Of a stretch of DNA of 64,000 bases, positions 1 to 9,482 are shown piece by piece. The stretch's first letter is position 1. Each line of letters begins with the position of its first letter. The stretch lies in the NCBI GenBank assembly GCA_964518475.1, contig CAZFGR010000002.1, positions 32,001 through 96,000 on the forward strand, in the 5' to 3' direction. The translations under genes and the position numbers were made by a program. The notes beneath the pieces are model-generated. The model was not told the origin of the DNA. It did no database searches and saw only the letters and a program-made list of their open reading frames with translations. The stretch comes from an uncultured Nitrososphaerota archaeon (GTDB lineage: Archaea > Asgardarchaeota > Njordarchaeia > Njordarchaeales > Njordarchaeaceae).

Positions 1-365
1 ATGGTCCTATGCCTACCCACGTGTTCATAGCTCCAGGAGATTCTAGTCTTGAGGAAATGATCAGTGAAACCAAAAAAGGCCTACTTGTCACAAGATTTCA
101 CTATGTAAGAACAGTTCATGCTAGAAAACTCGTGATAACTGGAATGACTAGAGATGGCACCTGGTTAATAGAAAATGGTGAAATAAAAACACCCGTTAAG
201 AATCTCAGATTCACAGAAAGCCTCCTAAGAACATTCTCACACATCCAATTAATGAGCAAAGAAACCAGAAGAGTCGGCCTAGGCATCCTATACGGATTAG
301 GGAGCGTAGTCACTCCGTATCTAAAGATTGAGAAATTCCAATTCACCGGAGTAACAGAATACTAA
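1..365 (+). CDS. TldD/PmbA family protein, C-terminal part (5'-truncated by the window edge)
   Basis: APGD.SLEEMI...GLLVTRF...TGMTRDG...IENGEI..PVKNLRF motifs of the TldD/PmbA C-terminal domain; frame open to the window start. Confidence 0.85.
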   Translation, partial: GPMPTHVFIAPGDSSLEEMISETKKGLLVTRFHYVRTVHARKLVITGMTRDGTWLIENGEIKTPVKNLRFTESLLRTFSHIQLMSKETRRVGLGILYGLGSVVTPYLKIEKFQFTGVTEY

Positions 366-610
366 AAACCTCTTAAACACATTTTTTATAGGACGTAATG
401 TGAATATTTCTCATAATAAAACACTTTTTTAATAATATCCAACAGGTAATAGAACGTCCCTCGCTTCTTAAAAATCATTTCTCGACATTACTAGTTGAAG
501 TTCTAGTGGATTAATTAGGTTCTTTCACTAGATTTGATCAAAGATATTGAACGTTCCACGACTATTTTTTTCTAAGAATGCTTGCATATACGACTTTTAC
601 TAGATTAGAA

Positions 611-647
611 AATTTTATAAACCAACATGATACGAACATTCGTTCGT
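611..647 (+). promoter_or_regulatory. TATA box followed by a palindromic operator (ACGAAC-N4-GTTCGT) upstream of the MFS gene
   Basis: TTTTATAA at 613-620 preceded by an A-rich BRE; perfect 6-bp inverted repeat at 632-637/642-647 over the expected transcription start. Confidence 0.45.
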
Positions 648-688
648 TCATTTTTATTATAATGCTGAGAAACTAAGAAGGGATCCAG

Positions 689-2188
689 TTGAGGATTCAG
701 CTAAAACAATACGAAGCGATCGGACAAAAAGAATTACAACTAGGACTGAAATATCTGAAACTCGATGGTATCTTTAGTCAATCGATGGGTACTCTCATAA
801 GTAACACATTCCTAGTGGCCTTCCTGCTCATACTAGGAGCAGCCACTTTTCACGTTGGAATGCTGACAGTTTTAGCCTCCTTAGCTAGTCTTTCCCAGTT
901 AGCATCTATTTACTTAATGAACGTTGCTAAGAGTAGGAAGATTGTTTGTGTAGTGAGTTCGTTTGTTGCAAGATTATTGATTCTTGTTATGGGTATCACT
1001 ATCCTAGTTGGGGGATACATCAGTCTCTTAGGATTCTTCAGTTTCATGATCATGTTCTATACTTTCTCGAGTGTTTCCAATGGAGCGTTTGGTTACTGGA
1101 TGCTAGAACTCGTCCCTATAGGAATTCGTGGGAAATACTTTGCTGAGCGCGCAAGAATAGCACTATTTATTAGCAGCATTATAGGTTTAGTAGTATCCAT
1201 GTACATAAATATCGAGAAAGGAGTAAGTACCTATGGCATCCTATTTCTGGTTGCTGCTTTATTAGGACTAGTTAGCAACTTCTTCTTAACGAAGATTCCA
1301 GAATCAATATATAAACCTCAAGACCCTCCGTCATTAAGGATTTTCAAGGATCTATTTAAGCATAATGATTTGAGAAAACACCTAGCCTCGATGTATTTCA
1401 TAGTATTCTCAATGTACGTGTCAATACCATTTTTCGTCTACTACATGATAACTAGACTCGAAATGAATATAGTACTTGTTTTTCTCATAACAATTAGTGG
1501 GAGTATAGCCTCGGCTTTGGTTCTTCCCAAGTGGGGCGTTTTAATCGACAAATACGGCATAAAATCTGCTCTAAGGTTCTCAGCCTATATTGTCTTTTTA
1601 TCGTTTCTGATATGGCCCTTCACAACTCTCCCGGAGAAATACTTCCTTTCCATCCCCTTAGCATTTATAGCTTACTTATTAATGATTATTGCTCTAGGAG
1701 GATTTAATTTAACTATGGGACTAGTAGCTTATTATCTAGGCAATGATAAAAGATCATCCCATAGAATCGTACTCAACAATATCTTCACAGCGTTAGGATC
1801 TGTAACGGGATCGTTAATAGGATCCGTATTAACCATACCTACGAAATTCCTAGAATTGAGCCTAACATTCACAATCACGTTTAGAGGAAAATTAATGATA
1901 TTTCTCCTAGACTTAAGAGGCCTAGACTTTCTCTTCGTCATATCAGCAATTCTTGGATTCTTCAGTCTCTCCGCTCTACGTAAATATAGGATAGAAATTA
2001 GCAGAGATGAGGAAAAGAGCTTCTTAGAGATGTACATAAGCTTGAAGAGATATTTCCGAAGTCTAATTGATCATCTCTCTTTAGTACCAGGAAAATATAG
2101 GATTGGACATCGAAAAAACAATCTGATAACACTTTTCTTCCCGCTTTATCGAATATTACCGGTTGAAAAAACGAGACAGAGAAAATAG
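689..2188 (+). CDS. MFS transporter
   Basis: About 12 hydrophobic segments; WGVLIDKYGIK loop motif; RGKYFAER motif. Confidence 0.85.
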   Translation: MRIQLKQYEAIGQKELQLGLKYLKLDGIFSQSMGTLISNTFLVAFLLILGAATFHVGMLTVLASLASLSQLASIYLMNVAKSRKIVCVVSSFVARLLILVMGITILVGGYISLLGFFSFMIMFYTFSSVSNGAFGYWMLELVPIGIRGKYFAERARIALFISSIIGLVVSMYINIEKGVSTYGILFLVAALLGLVSNFFLTKIPESIYKPQDPPSLRIFKDLFKHNDLRKHLASMYFIVFSMYVSIPFFVYYMITRLEMNIVLVFLITISGSIASALVLPKWGVLIDKYGIKSALRFSAYIVFLSFLIWPFTTLPEKYFLSIPLAFIAYLLMIIALGGFNLTMGLVAYYLGNDKRSSHRIVLNNIFTALGSVTGSLIGSVLTIPTKFLELSLTFTITFRGKLMIFLLDLRGLDFLFVISAILGFFSLSALRKYRIEISRDEEKSFLEMYISLKRYFRSLIDHLSLVPGKYRIGHRKNNLITLFFPLYRILPVEKTRQRK

Positions 2189-2627
2189 TTTTACAGAGCT
2201 CTCAACTTTTAAACATAGATATAGATGGTAATTAAGCGGACGGGCTAAGTAAGTACCGAATTACTTGAGTATGTTCTAGCTTATTACTTATTAATGAATA
2301 GATCGGAGCCTCTGTTACGGATTATCTTGCCATGAATTGACTAAAGAAGCAGTGCTAAAATATTAGCCTTTATAGGTGTTTAGAAAGAATATATTGAAAG
2401 AGAATATTGGAGAAGTTTCAGGAAAACTATCCTCCCGAACATACCAAAGTTGTTTATTATCGGTAATTCTATGTGCTCCCGCAGTTAATGCTTTCCGTCT
2501 TTATCTTTCTTAATCGTTGAATAAATCCCCATTAGGAATATCCAATATGATAACATGTTCAGAATTAATCTTTATGATCAAAAATTTTAATACTCGATTA
2601 AGGAAATATGCGTTTTCGGGGGTTTTT

Positions 2628-3992
2628 ATGATGCGTGATTTTACTGCTTGTGAGAAGTTTATTTTAAAGAAGATGAGTGAGACTAGGATTCCCGGTTTAA
2701 GCATAGCTGTGGTCGAAGGCGATGATGTAATCTATGCAAGAGGTTTTGGTTTTAAAGATCTAGCTTCTGGTACCCCTACTACGCCTAAAACACTCTATGG
2801 TATCGGATCCGTCACAAAGTCGTTCACAGCATTAGCTATTATGATGCTCGCTGAGGAAGGAAGGCTTGACGTAAATGATTCTATAGAGAAATATGTCCCA
2901 CTAAAGATACGTCCATTTGGTCAAGAAATAAGGATTCACCACCTCTTAACACATACCTCTGGAATCCCAGCACTTGCCTACGCAGAAGCATTTATCAGCA
3001 ACGTACTGGGCCTCGACCATTACTGGCTCCCAGTAGCTAGTCCGGATGACATAATAACTTTCATGAAGGATGCTGAGGAATGGGTTCATGCAAAGCCTGG
3101 AGAAAGATTCTTCTATCTCAACGAAGGCTACGTGTTATTGGGACAAATAATATCAAAGGTTAGTGGAGTTAAGTACGAAGCATTCGTGAAAGAAAGAATA
3201 TTAAAACCACTCAAGATGCATCGAAGCTACTTCTCGAAAAAAGAAGTGGATGAAGACGGGGATTTCGCCACCCCATACATCATAAATAAGGAAGGCAAAC
3301 ACATTGTTTCGAGATTCCCCTTCGGCGTCACCTCGGATGGAGGATTAATAAGCAATGTCTTGGATCTAGCAAATTATATCAGAATGTACCTGAATAGGGG
3401 AGAATTCGATGGAGAGAAACTAGTGAGCAGAGAATCAATAGAGGCAATGGAACAGATCTATATCAAATTCCCATACGAATTATTCGGCGGAGAAGGATAC
3501 GGGTACGGTTGGAGCATAGTACCTAATTTCCACGGATACAAACTCGTGAACCACTCAGGATCCGTGGGAGTACATACTGCTTACGTAGGTTACATCCCAG
3601 ACAAAAAGATTGGCGTAGCAATACTGGCTAACGCAGCTGGTTACCCACTACAGAACATAGGAATGTACGTATTAACACACCTACTAGGCAAAGATCCCGA
3701 ACAACTACCAATGATAAGAAACGACAACATTCTAGAAAAACTACAGGGACTGTACGAAACCTATAAAAGCACATACAAGGTGGAGATCAAGAAGAACGGA
3801 AGCTACTTACTAGCAATACACAAGAACAAATACCAAGAAACAATAGTCCCCCTCATTCCAGAAAAGCTAGATCAAGAAGAAGCAGTCTTTTACATTCTCT
3901 CAAACTGGAGAAAAATCCCAGTAGAATTCATAATAAGAAAAGACAGAATAGAACTAATCTACGAAAGATACAAATTCATCAAAAAGCAATAA
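2628..3992 (+). CDS. Serine hydrolase, beta-lactamase/Pab87 (CubicO) peptidase family, probable D-stereospecific peptidase
   Basis: SVTK, YLN and HSG motifs, LLTHTSG, Pab87-like C-terminal domain; start moved to ATG 2628 after GGGGG SD. Confidence 0.85.
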   Translation: MMRDFTACEKFILKKMSETRIPGLSIAVVEGDDVIYARGFGFKDLASGTPTTPKTLYGIGSVTKSFTALAIMMLAEEGRLDVNDSIEKYVPLKIRPFGQEIRIHHLLTHTSGIPALAYAEAFISNVLGLDHYWLPVASPDDIITFMKDAEEWVHAKPGERFFYLNEGYVLLGQIISKVSGVKYEAFVKERILKPLKMHRSYFSKKEVDEDGDFATPYIINKEGKHIVSRFPFGVTSDGGLISNVLDLANYIRMYLNRGEFDGEKLVSRESIEAMEQIYIKFPYELFGGEGYGYGWSIVPNFHGYKLVNHSGSVGVHTAYVGYIPDKKIGVAILANAAGYPLQNIGMYVLTHLLGKDPEQLPMIRNDNILEKLQGLYETYKSTYKVEIKKNGSYLLAIHKNKYQETIVPLIPEKLDQEEAVFYILSNWRKIPVEFIIRKDRIELIYERYKFIKKQ

Positions 3993-4246
3993 AGAAAAAC
4001 TCCCTACAAATCACATTTCTCTCTTCTTGATTTAGCCGTGCAAACTCTCTAGAGTTATTCTAGAGATACTCTGTATACTATGTATGTCAATTTTTATATA
4101 CCTCTTTCATTTTATTTCTTTTTTAAAAATAACTGCAAAATATAACCATATACCTATTGATGTTGATGAAATAATTGCGATTATTAGCTTCCGATGCGAA
4201 CATACCCCTATGAACCAATCATAGACTATCAGCATGGTGAACCTAT

Positions 4247-5482
4247 TTGACCATGCTGAGATTGTGGAGATTTGCTATTAAGGATTTAAAGAGAAAAGCT
4301 AGTATAGCTATTATCATTCTCTTCTTGATACCTTCTTGGTCTATTCTTGCTAATGTTTCACAACTTTTCGTTGAGACACCAGATGAAAAATACATCTGGG
4401 AACTACAATGGCCCGCTGATATTGAAGCAGGTATGAAGAATGCGAGTGAAACTCCAATTCTCTTAAAAAAACTTAAGGAGATTGAGGGCATTAAATGGTA
4501 TGTTTATCCAAGTGAGATAGATCTCTGGAATTGGTTATCTTATGAAGAACGCAACTATAGCCTATGTGTACATTGGTGCAATGTTGATGATCCTACTTTC
4601 CCTTCTCCCGAATTCTTAATTGAGGGGCGTTTCTTTAGGTCTAACTACGAGAGAACCGTGATAATTGAGAATATTGGGCTACAACTTCTCAAGGATCTAG
4701 GGCTTTACAAAGGACTGGGGGAGAATAGAACAATCATATGTTTGCGAGCATTTAACCTAATAGAAAACGTAACCGTAGTATTTAACCTAACGTTAATAGG
4801 AGTAATAGCTAATCCAGCAACGATAGGAGAAGAAGAACTCCATCTCCGACTCTCCAACACAATTAATATATTCCTTCCATTAGGTACTTACTTAGACTTT
4901 TTTAACAAGACCTTCCTCGGAGGTAGGTATTGGGCGGCAGACTTCAGACCCGGAAACATGGATTGGGAATGGTATTTCTTTCCGACAGCGTGGATTAAGG
5001 TCAAGAAGGGTTATGATGTGGAAGAGGTTGCGGAAAATATTCGCCGATCCATTCCGGGAGTAATCGTTAGGGCAAGAACTAAATCCGAAAAATCTAGAAT
5101 TAAGTGGCTCCTATATAGGCTTGGCGTTGCGCTTATTATTAGTTATGCTCTGTTAGGATCCATTATTATTCTGGATATGTACATAAACCAGTCACAAATA
5201 TCAATGCTCAAAGTTCTTGGTTGGCAACAATCTCATATGGTCAAATGGTTCATGCTTAAGTATCTGACAATAGGTATACTTGATACTTTCCTTGTCCTGA
5301 TCTTCCCAGGTCTGACGATAGGTTTGTTACTTGGTTTCTCCTTTACTTGGTATTCACTATATATTTATCTCGTCCACTTACCATATTACCTGGCTTTCAT
5401 GATTCTCGCATCTCTACTACTAGGGCTCCCAGCGATGATAATGGGTTACAGGATCAGCGCTGAGAGCGCGATCAGGAGCTGA
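4247..5482 (+). CDS. FtsX/MacB-type ABC transporter permease
   Basis: N-terminal TM, large extracellular loop (LIEGRFF), ISMLKVLGW motif, C-terminal TMs. Confidence 0.7.
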   Translation: MTMLRLWRFAIKDLKRKASIAIIILFLIPSWSILANVSQLFVETPDEKYIWELQWPADIEAGMKNASETPILLKKLKEIEGIKWYVYPSEIDLWNWLSYEERNYSLCVHWCNVDDPTFPSPEFLIEGRFFRSNYERTVIIENIGLQLLKDLGLYKGLGENRTIICLRAFNLIENVTVVFNLTLIGVIANPATIGEEELHLRLSNTINIFLPLGTYLDFFNKTFLGGRYWAADFRPGNMDWEWYFFPTAWIKVKKGYDVEEVAENIRRSIPGVIVRARTKSEKSRIKWLLYRLGVALIISYALLGSIIILDMYINQSQISMLKVLGWQQSHMVKWFMLKYLTIGILDTFLVLIFPGLTIGLLLGFSFTWYSLYIYLVHLPYYLAFMILASLLLGLPAMIMGYRISAESAIRS

Positions 5483-5487
5483 AGAAA

Positions 5488-6462
5488 ATGAGGTTAGTGA
5501 TAAAATACGTTGTAAAGAGTATAATTAATAGGAAAAAGCTACTAATCTTCTCTCTAGTTGTACTGTTCATGTTCCTGTATCCCCTATACACTTACGAAAG
5601 AATATTCAACAATAATTACTTTATTGTTTACTCAAAGAAGGAGTTGATAAGTAATGAAGAGAGGTGTAAGTTAGAGAATATTCCTGGAGTTTATAGCGTG
5701 GTAGCTTTTCTCAGCAATTTTTCAGAGGTGGATAATAAGAGCGCCATTATTATTAAGACAGATAAGAGAGCGGCAACTTTTATTCTCCGGAAATATCTTG
5801 TTAGGGGGCGTCTTCCTAGAGATTATGGTGAGTTATTGGTTGTGGAGAATCACCAGTTGGATATGGGGAAGACCATTACTCTTAATGGTTCAGAGTATCT
5901 AATTGTTGGTGTAGTAGCAGAGGATTTAGCTGGAAGGGTTATTTTCGGGGGCTGGAATGTAGACATTATTTTGATCCAAGTGATCAGTTACTTGGAGTAT
6001 TGTAATACGTTGATGATCTGGATAGATCCTTTTGCAAATACGACTCGTATAGGAAAAACTATTTACTCAACCATACAAACGGACATAACTGTGATCCCAA
6101 TGACTGATTGGCGACGGAAAGAGTTAATCCTTGAAGTACTATTCATTACTATCCTCTCAACGGCATTACCGTATCTTTTCCTATACTCTTTAAGAAAAGA
6201 GTGTGCTGTCTTATTTATGTTTGGTTGGACATTTGCTCCAATTCTCGGAGTTGTTGTCCTCCGATATATCATTGTCTTTACTATTGGATACGTCTTGTCT
6301 CTTATCTCGCTGTATGGGATTATAGAGCTCTTGTTAAGGAACCACTTGTTTTTTACAGGTTTCTTGCTTGTTCCTTTCGTTGCTTTGTTAACGAATATTG
6401 TTGCTATTTGTTTCTTCCTAGGAATCTTCTCTAAGAAGTTTGTGGAGGGATTGGTGGAGTGA
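5488..6462 (+). CDS. FtsX/MacB-type ABC transporter permease
   Basis: LVRGRLP, YLIVGVV, RKECAVLFMFGW motifs; overlaps the ATPase start. Confidence 0.7.
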   Translation: MRLVIKYVVKSIINRKKLLIFSLVVLFMFLYPLYTYERIFNNNYFIVYSKKELISNEERCKLENIPGVYSVVAFLSNFSEVDNKSAIIIKTDKRAATFILRKYLVRGRLPRDYGELLVVENHQLDMGKTITLNGSEYLIVGVVAEDLAGRVIFGGWNVDIILIQVISYLEYCNTLMIWIDPFANTTRIGKTIYSTIQTDITVIPMTDWRRKELILEVLFITILSTALPYLFLYSLRKECAVLFMFGWTFAPILGVVVLRYIIVFTIGYVLSLISLYGIIELLLRNHLFFTGFLLVPFVALLTNIVAICFFLGIFSKKFVEGLVE

Positions 6463-7154
6463 CCGAGATAATAGCGAAAAACGTTTGTAAAATCTATGAG
6501 ATGGGGGATAAAAAGATCTATGCTGTTAAGGATGTTTCCCTCAGGGTTAAGCAGGGAGAATTTGTAGCGATTTTTGGTCCATCAGGTAGTGGGAAAACTA
6601 CTTTGCTGATGCTTTTAGCTGTTATAATAAAACCTACTAGTGGCGAGATTTTCTATGATAATTTAGATATTACTAAGTTATCTGAGAGCGAAGCTGCCAA
6701 GTGGAGATACGAGAATATCGGTTTTATTCCTCAGAAAATAAATCTTATAGAATTCCTAAATGTGCTAGATAACGTCTTAGCGCCTACTTATCCCTATGTT
6801 AAAGACTTCGAGAAGGCAAAAGAGAGGGCGCTTGAGCTTATTAATAGAGTTGGACTTGGTCATAGGATAAAGCATAAGCCAGCACAACTTAGCGTTGGTG
6901 AACAGCAGAGAGTAGCTATAGCTAGAGCTTTGATTAATAATCCAAAAGTAGTGCTCGCGGATGAGCCAACAGCTCATCTAGATACGGAGACTGGGAAGAG
7001 AATAGTTATGCTGATGAAGGAGTTGCGTGACGAGTACAACGTAACCTTTATAGTAAGTACTCATGACCCAGAAATAGCCAAAATAGCGGATAGAATAATA
7101 GAGATTAGGGATGGTAAAATTACTGGTCAAAAAGTACTTAGTGCAAAAAGCTAA
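6459..7154 (+). CDS. ABC transporter ATP-binding protein (LolD/MacB-like)
   Basis: GPSGSGKT, LSVGEQQRVAIARAL, LADEPTAHLD, STHD. Confidence 0.95.
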   Translation: MTEIIAKNVCKIYEMGDKKIYAVKDVSLRVKQGEFVAIFGPSGSGKTTLLMLLAVIIKPTSGEIFYDNLDITKLSESEAAKWRYENIGFIPQKINLIEFLNVLDNVLAPTYPYVKDFEKAKERALELINRVGLGHRIKHKPAQLSVGEQQRVAIARALINNPKVVLADEPTAHLDTETGKRIVMLMKELRDEYNVTFIVSTHDPEIAKIADRIIEIRDGKITGQKVLSAKS

Positions 7155-7195
7155 TTATTTTTAAATTTTTTATTTTCTCTAATTTACAATGGTTT

Positions 7196-8500
7196 ATGAG
7201 AGTGCATGTGGTTTTCTATTATTCTCGCGATAACAAGTATTCTCTCAACGCCGTCATAGCCGCTGTAGATGCTGAAAAAGTTACGGAGAATATTCACATT
7301 ATCAGGGATAAAACCGAGCTCATTAATGTTGTTTATAAGCTTTCTAGTAGGGGAGATTTAGTAGTCACGTGTTTAAGCTTCATGACTACGCAGCTTCCCG
7401 AGATAATTTCGCTGGTTTCTACTCTTAGAAAAATAGGTAGAGAGAACATCTTGTTAGTTGCTGGTGGGCCTCATGCAACGGGTGATCCCGCTGGTACTCT
7501 TCTTAAGCTAGGTTTTGATGTTGCTTTTGTGGGTGAGGCGGAGAAGAGTTTTCCAGAATTTATAAGACACATTACTAGTGGGGAAGATTATAGAGATGTT
7601 CCGGGGATTGTCTATAGGGAAAAGGATGAGTTATTCTTCACGGGTTCGCCCCCAAGAGTGGTCCTTGATCACTATCCTCCATTTCCATTCTGGAGAAACT
7701 TGCTGGGGCCCATAGAGATTACTCGTGGTTGTCCATGGCTCTGCACTTATTGCCAAGTACCATATTTCCACGGTGTCGTTCCGAGGCATAGGAGCATAGA
7801 TAACATAATGTATTACGTGAAAGCTCTTCTAGAGAGCGGCGCTAGAGATGTAAGATTCATCACCCCCAACGCTTTTTCTTATGGTAGTAATGGTAGAGGA
7901 CCAGTAATATCAAAACTTAATGAACTCGTAGAGAATCTCTACAAACTCGCAAAGCTTTATAGAGGAAGAATATATCTCGGAAGTTTCCCGAGCGAAGTCA
8001 GACCAGAATTTGTGACAGAGGAAACACTACGTACTATCAAGGATAAAGTAGCTAATAAGATCCTAATAATTGGTGCTCAGAGTGGAAGCGAGAAAGTGTT
8101 AAAACTGATTAGGAGAGGTCATGATATAAATTGTGTACTAAGAGCAGTAGAACTTTGCAGAAAATACGGTTTCATTCCTCATGTGGACTTCATTTTTGGC
8201 CTACCAGGTGAGGACAGGGGGGACTTAATGGATAGTTTAAGACTGGCGAAGAAATTGGTTGAAATGGGAGCTAGAATCCATGCTCACACATTTATGCCAT
8301 TGCCAGGAACTCCTCTTGAAGATGCTCCACCTGGCAAAATACCAGAGTGGCTTAAGAAAGAGTTGTCAAGAATGACTGGTCGTGGAAAACTATATGGTAA
8401 CTGGGTAAAGCAGGAAAAAATAGCATGGATGATTCATAATTACATTAAGAGAGGGATCATCCTTGGAAAAAAAGGCTGGAAGCTCCTAAGAAATGCTTAA
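7196..8500 (+). CDS. B12-binding domain/radical SAM protein (TIGR04013/MJ1487-like)
   Basis: AGGPHATGDP, GEAE, EITRGCPWLCTYC (CxxxCxxC), GSFPSEVRPE, HAHTFMPLPGTP. Confidence 0.85.
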   Translation: MRVHVVFYYSRDNKYSLNAVIAAVDAEKVTENIHIIRDKTELINVVYKLSSRGDLVVTCLSFMTTQLPEIISLVSTLRKIGRENILLVAGGPHATGDPAGTLLKLGFDVAFVGEAEKSFPEFIRHITSGEDYRDVPGIVYREKDELFFTGSPPRVVLDHYPPFPFWRNLLGPIEITRGCPWLCTYCQVPYFHGVVPRHRSIDNIMYYVKALLESGARDVRFITPNAFSYGSNGRGPVISKLNELVENLYKLAKLYRGRIYLGSFPSEVRPEFVTEETLRTIKDKVANKILIIGAQSGSEKVLKLIRRGHDINCVLRAVELCRKYGFIPHVDFIFGLPGEDRGDLMDSLRLAKKLVEMGARIHAHTFMPLPGTPLEDAPPGKIPEWLKKELSRMTGRGKLYGNWVKQEKIAWMIHNYIKRGIILGKKGWKLLRNA

Positions 8501-8605
8501 CTACTTCTTTTTATAAATTCGAGAAGGAATAGAATTTCCTGAACATGTTTATTAAGGCATGCTCACGAGATTTATTCTTTAGACTGCTATACTTGGTGTT
8601 TCATT

Positions 8606-8959
8606 TTGAGGTTTAGGAGGAAGAGGTATAGGTTATGGATTGCTAATCCATGGGTAGAACATCAGATTAAGAGAAAGATCTTTAGAGATGCGGAAAAGTA
8701 TCTCCGGTATAAAGAAGGAGTTAGAGGAAAGCTTAAACCGATAGGAGCGAACTTTTATCTCGAAGTAGAAGAAGTCGGTGATGAAAGATTCGAAATGCCC
8801 TATGCAGAAGTTTGCTTCAAAGAATTGTACGATGATGTTGCAGTAGCCTTCTACATGGTTAAGGTGTACTTTCACTTAGATGGCGAGTTTGTCTATGTGT
8901 CAGAGGCGAAGAAAGGGAGCAAAGACATGTGCGATGCGTGTAAGGAGGGGCAAGAATAA
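8606..8959 (+). CDS. Hypothetical protein with C-terminal CxxC
   Basis: 117-aa ORF, TTG start after GGTG, natural composition, no recognised family. Confidence 0.5.
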   Translation: MRFRRKRYRLWIANPWVEHQIKRKIFRDAEKYLRYKEGVRGKLKPIGANFYLEVEEVGDERFEMPYAEVCFKELYDDVAVAFYMVKVYFHLDGEFVYVSEAKKGSKDMCDACKEGQE

Positions 8960-9125
8960 CAATGCTTACTAGAAATGATGAATTCATCTTGGAAATTTTG
9001 CTAGTCTTTTCATGGTGTATCCACACTTATTTGATCTAGTTTAGTCATAATTTTAAAAGCTTCCCTTAGTACTATTCTTGATTATAGTGCATCCTTAACT
9101 AGTATGTTAAGACATTAATTAGACG

Positions 9126-9175
9126 ATGATGAGCCCCCTTGGGAGCTGAGGAGTGATGATCTCAGGCGGTGCTGA
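9126..9175 (+). ncRNA. Archaeal C/D-box 2'-O-methylation guide sRNA
   Basis: Box C ATGATGA 9126-9132, 13-nt guide, box D' CTGA 9146-9149, box C' GTGATGA 9153-9159, 12-nt guide, box D CTGA 9172-9175; GC-rich island in AT-rich intergenic DNA. Confidence 0.9.
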
Positions 9176-9482
9176 GAATTCTGGATCGGTGATTATGTTC
9201 TTCTGATTCTACTAATATCTATATATTCGCTTCGGATGCGATTGGCTCAGAAATTAGCGATAAAATCGGTTATGTCCAGTAGTACTGTATCATCACTTTC
9301 CAACTTGAGAACTTCCAGAAGTATACGCTACTCAAAGAGTTTTAAGTTCTGATTCTCTAGCAAACATGGTATCTTTACAGACTCGTTTATGAAAACCAGA
9401 AGGAGGAAGGAAGCTATAGAGATTAGAAAGTTTCCTCTGGCGTCGATCCAAGAGTATTAATCTTATCAATGAGTTGATTGGA

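Noticed and set aside
9095-9110. Additional pur-type operator upstream of the sRNA (TTAACT-AGTA-TGTTAA)
   Set aside because: The spacer is 4 rather than 6 bp and one half-site is imperfect; plausible by chance in AT-rich DNA
9247-9296. Second C/D sRNA on the minus strand (GTGATGA...CCGA...CTGA)
   Set aside because: No C' box, wrong guide lengths, AT-rich guides
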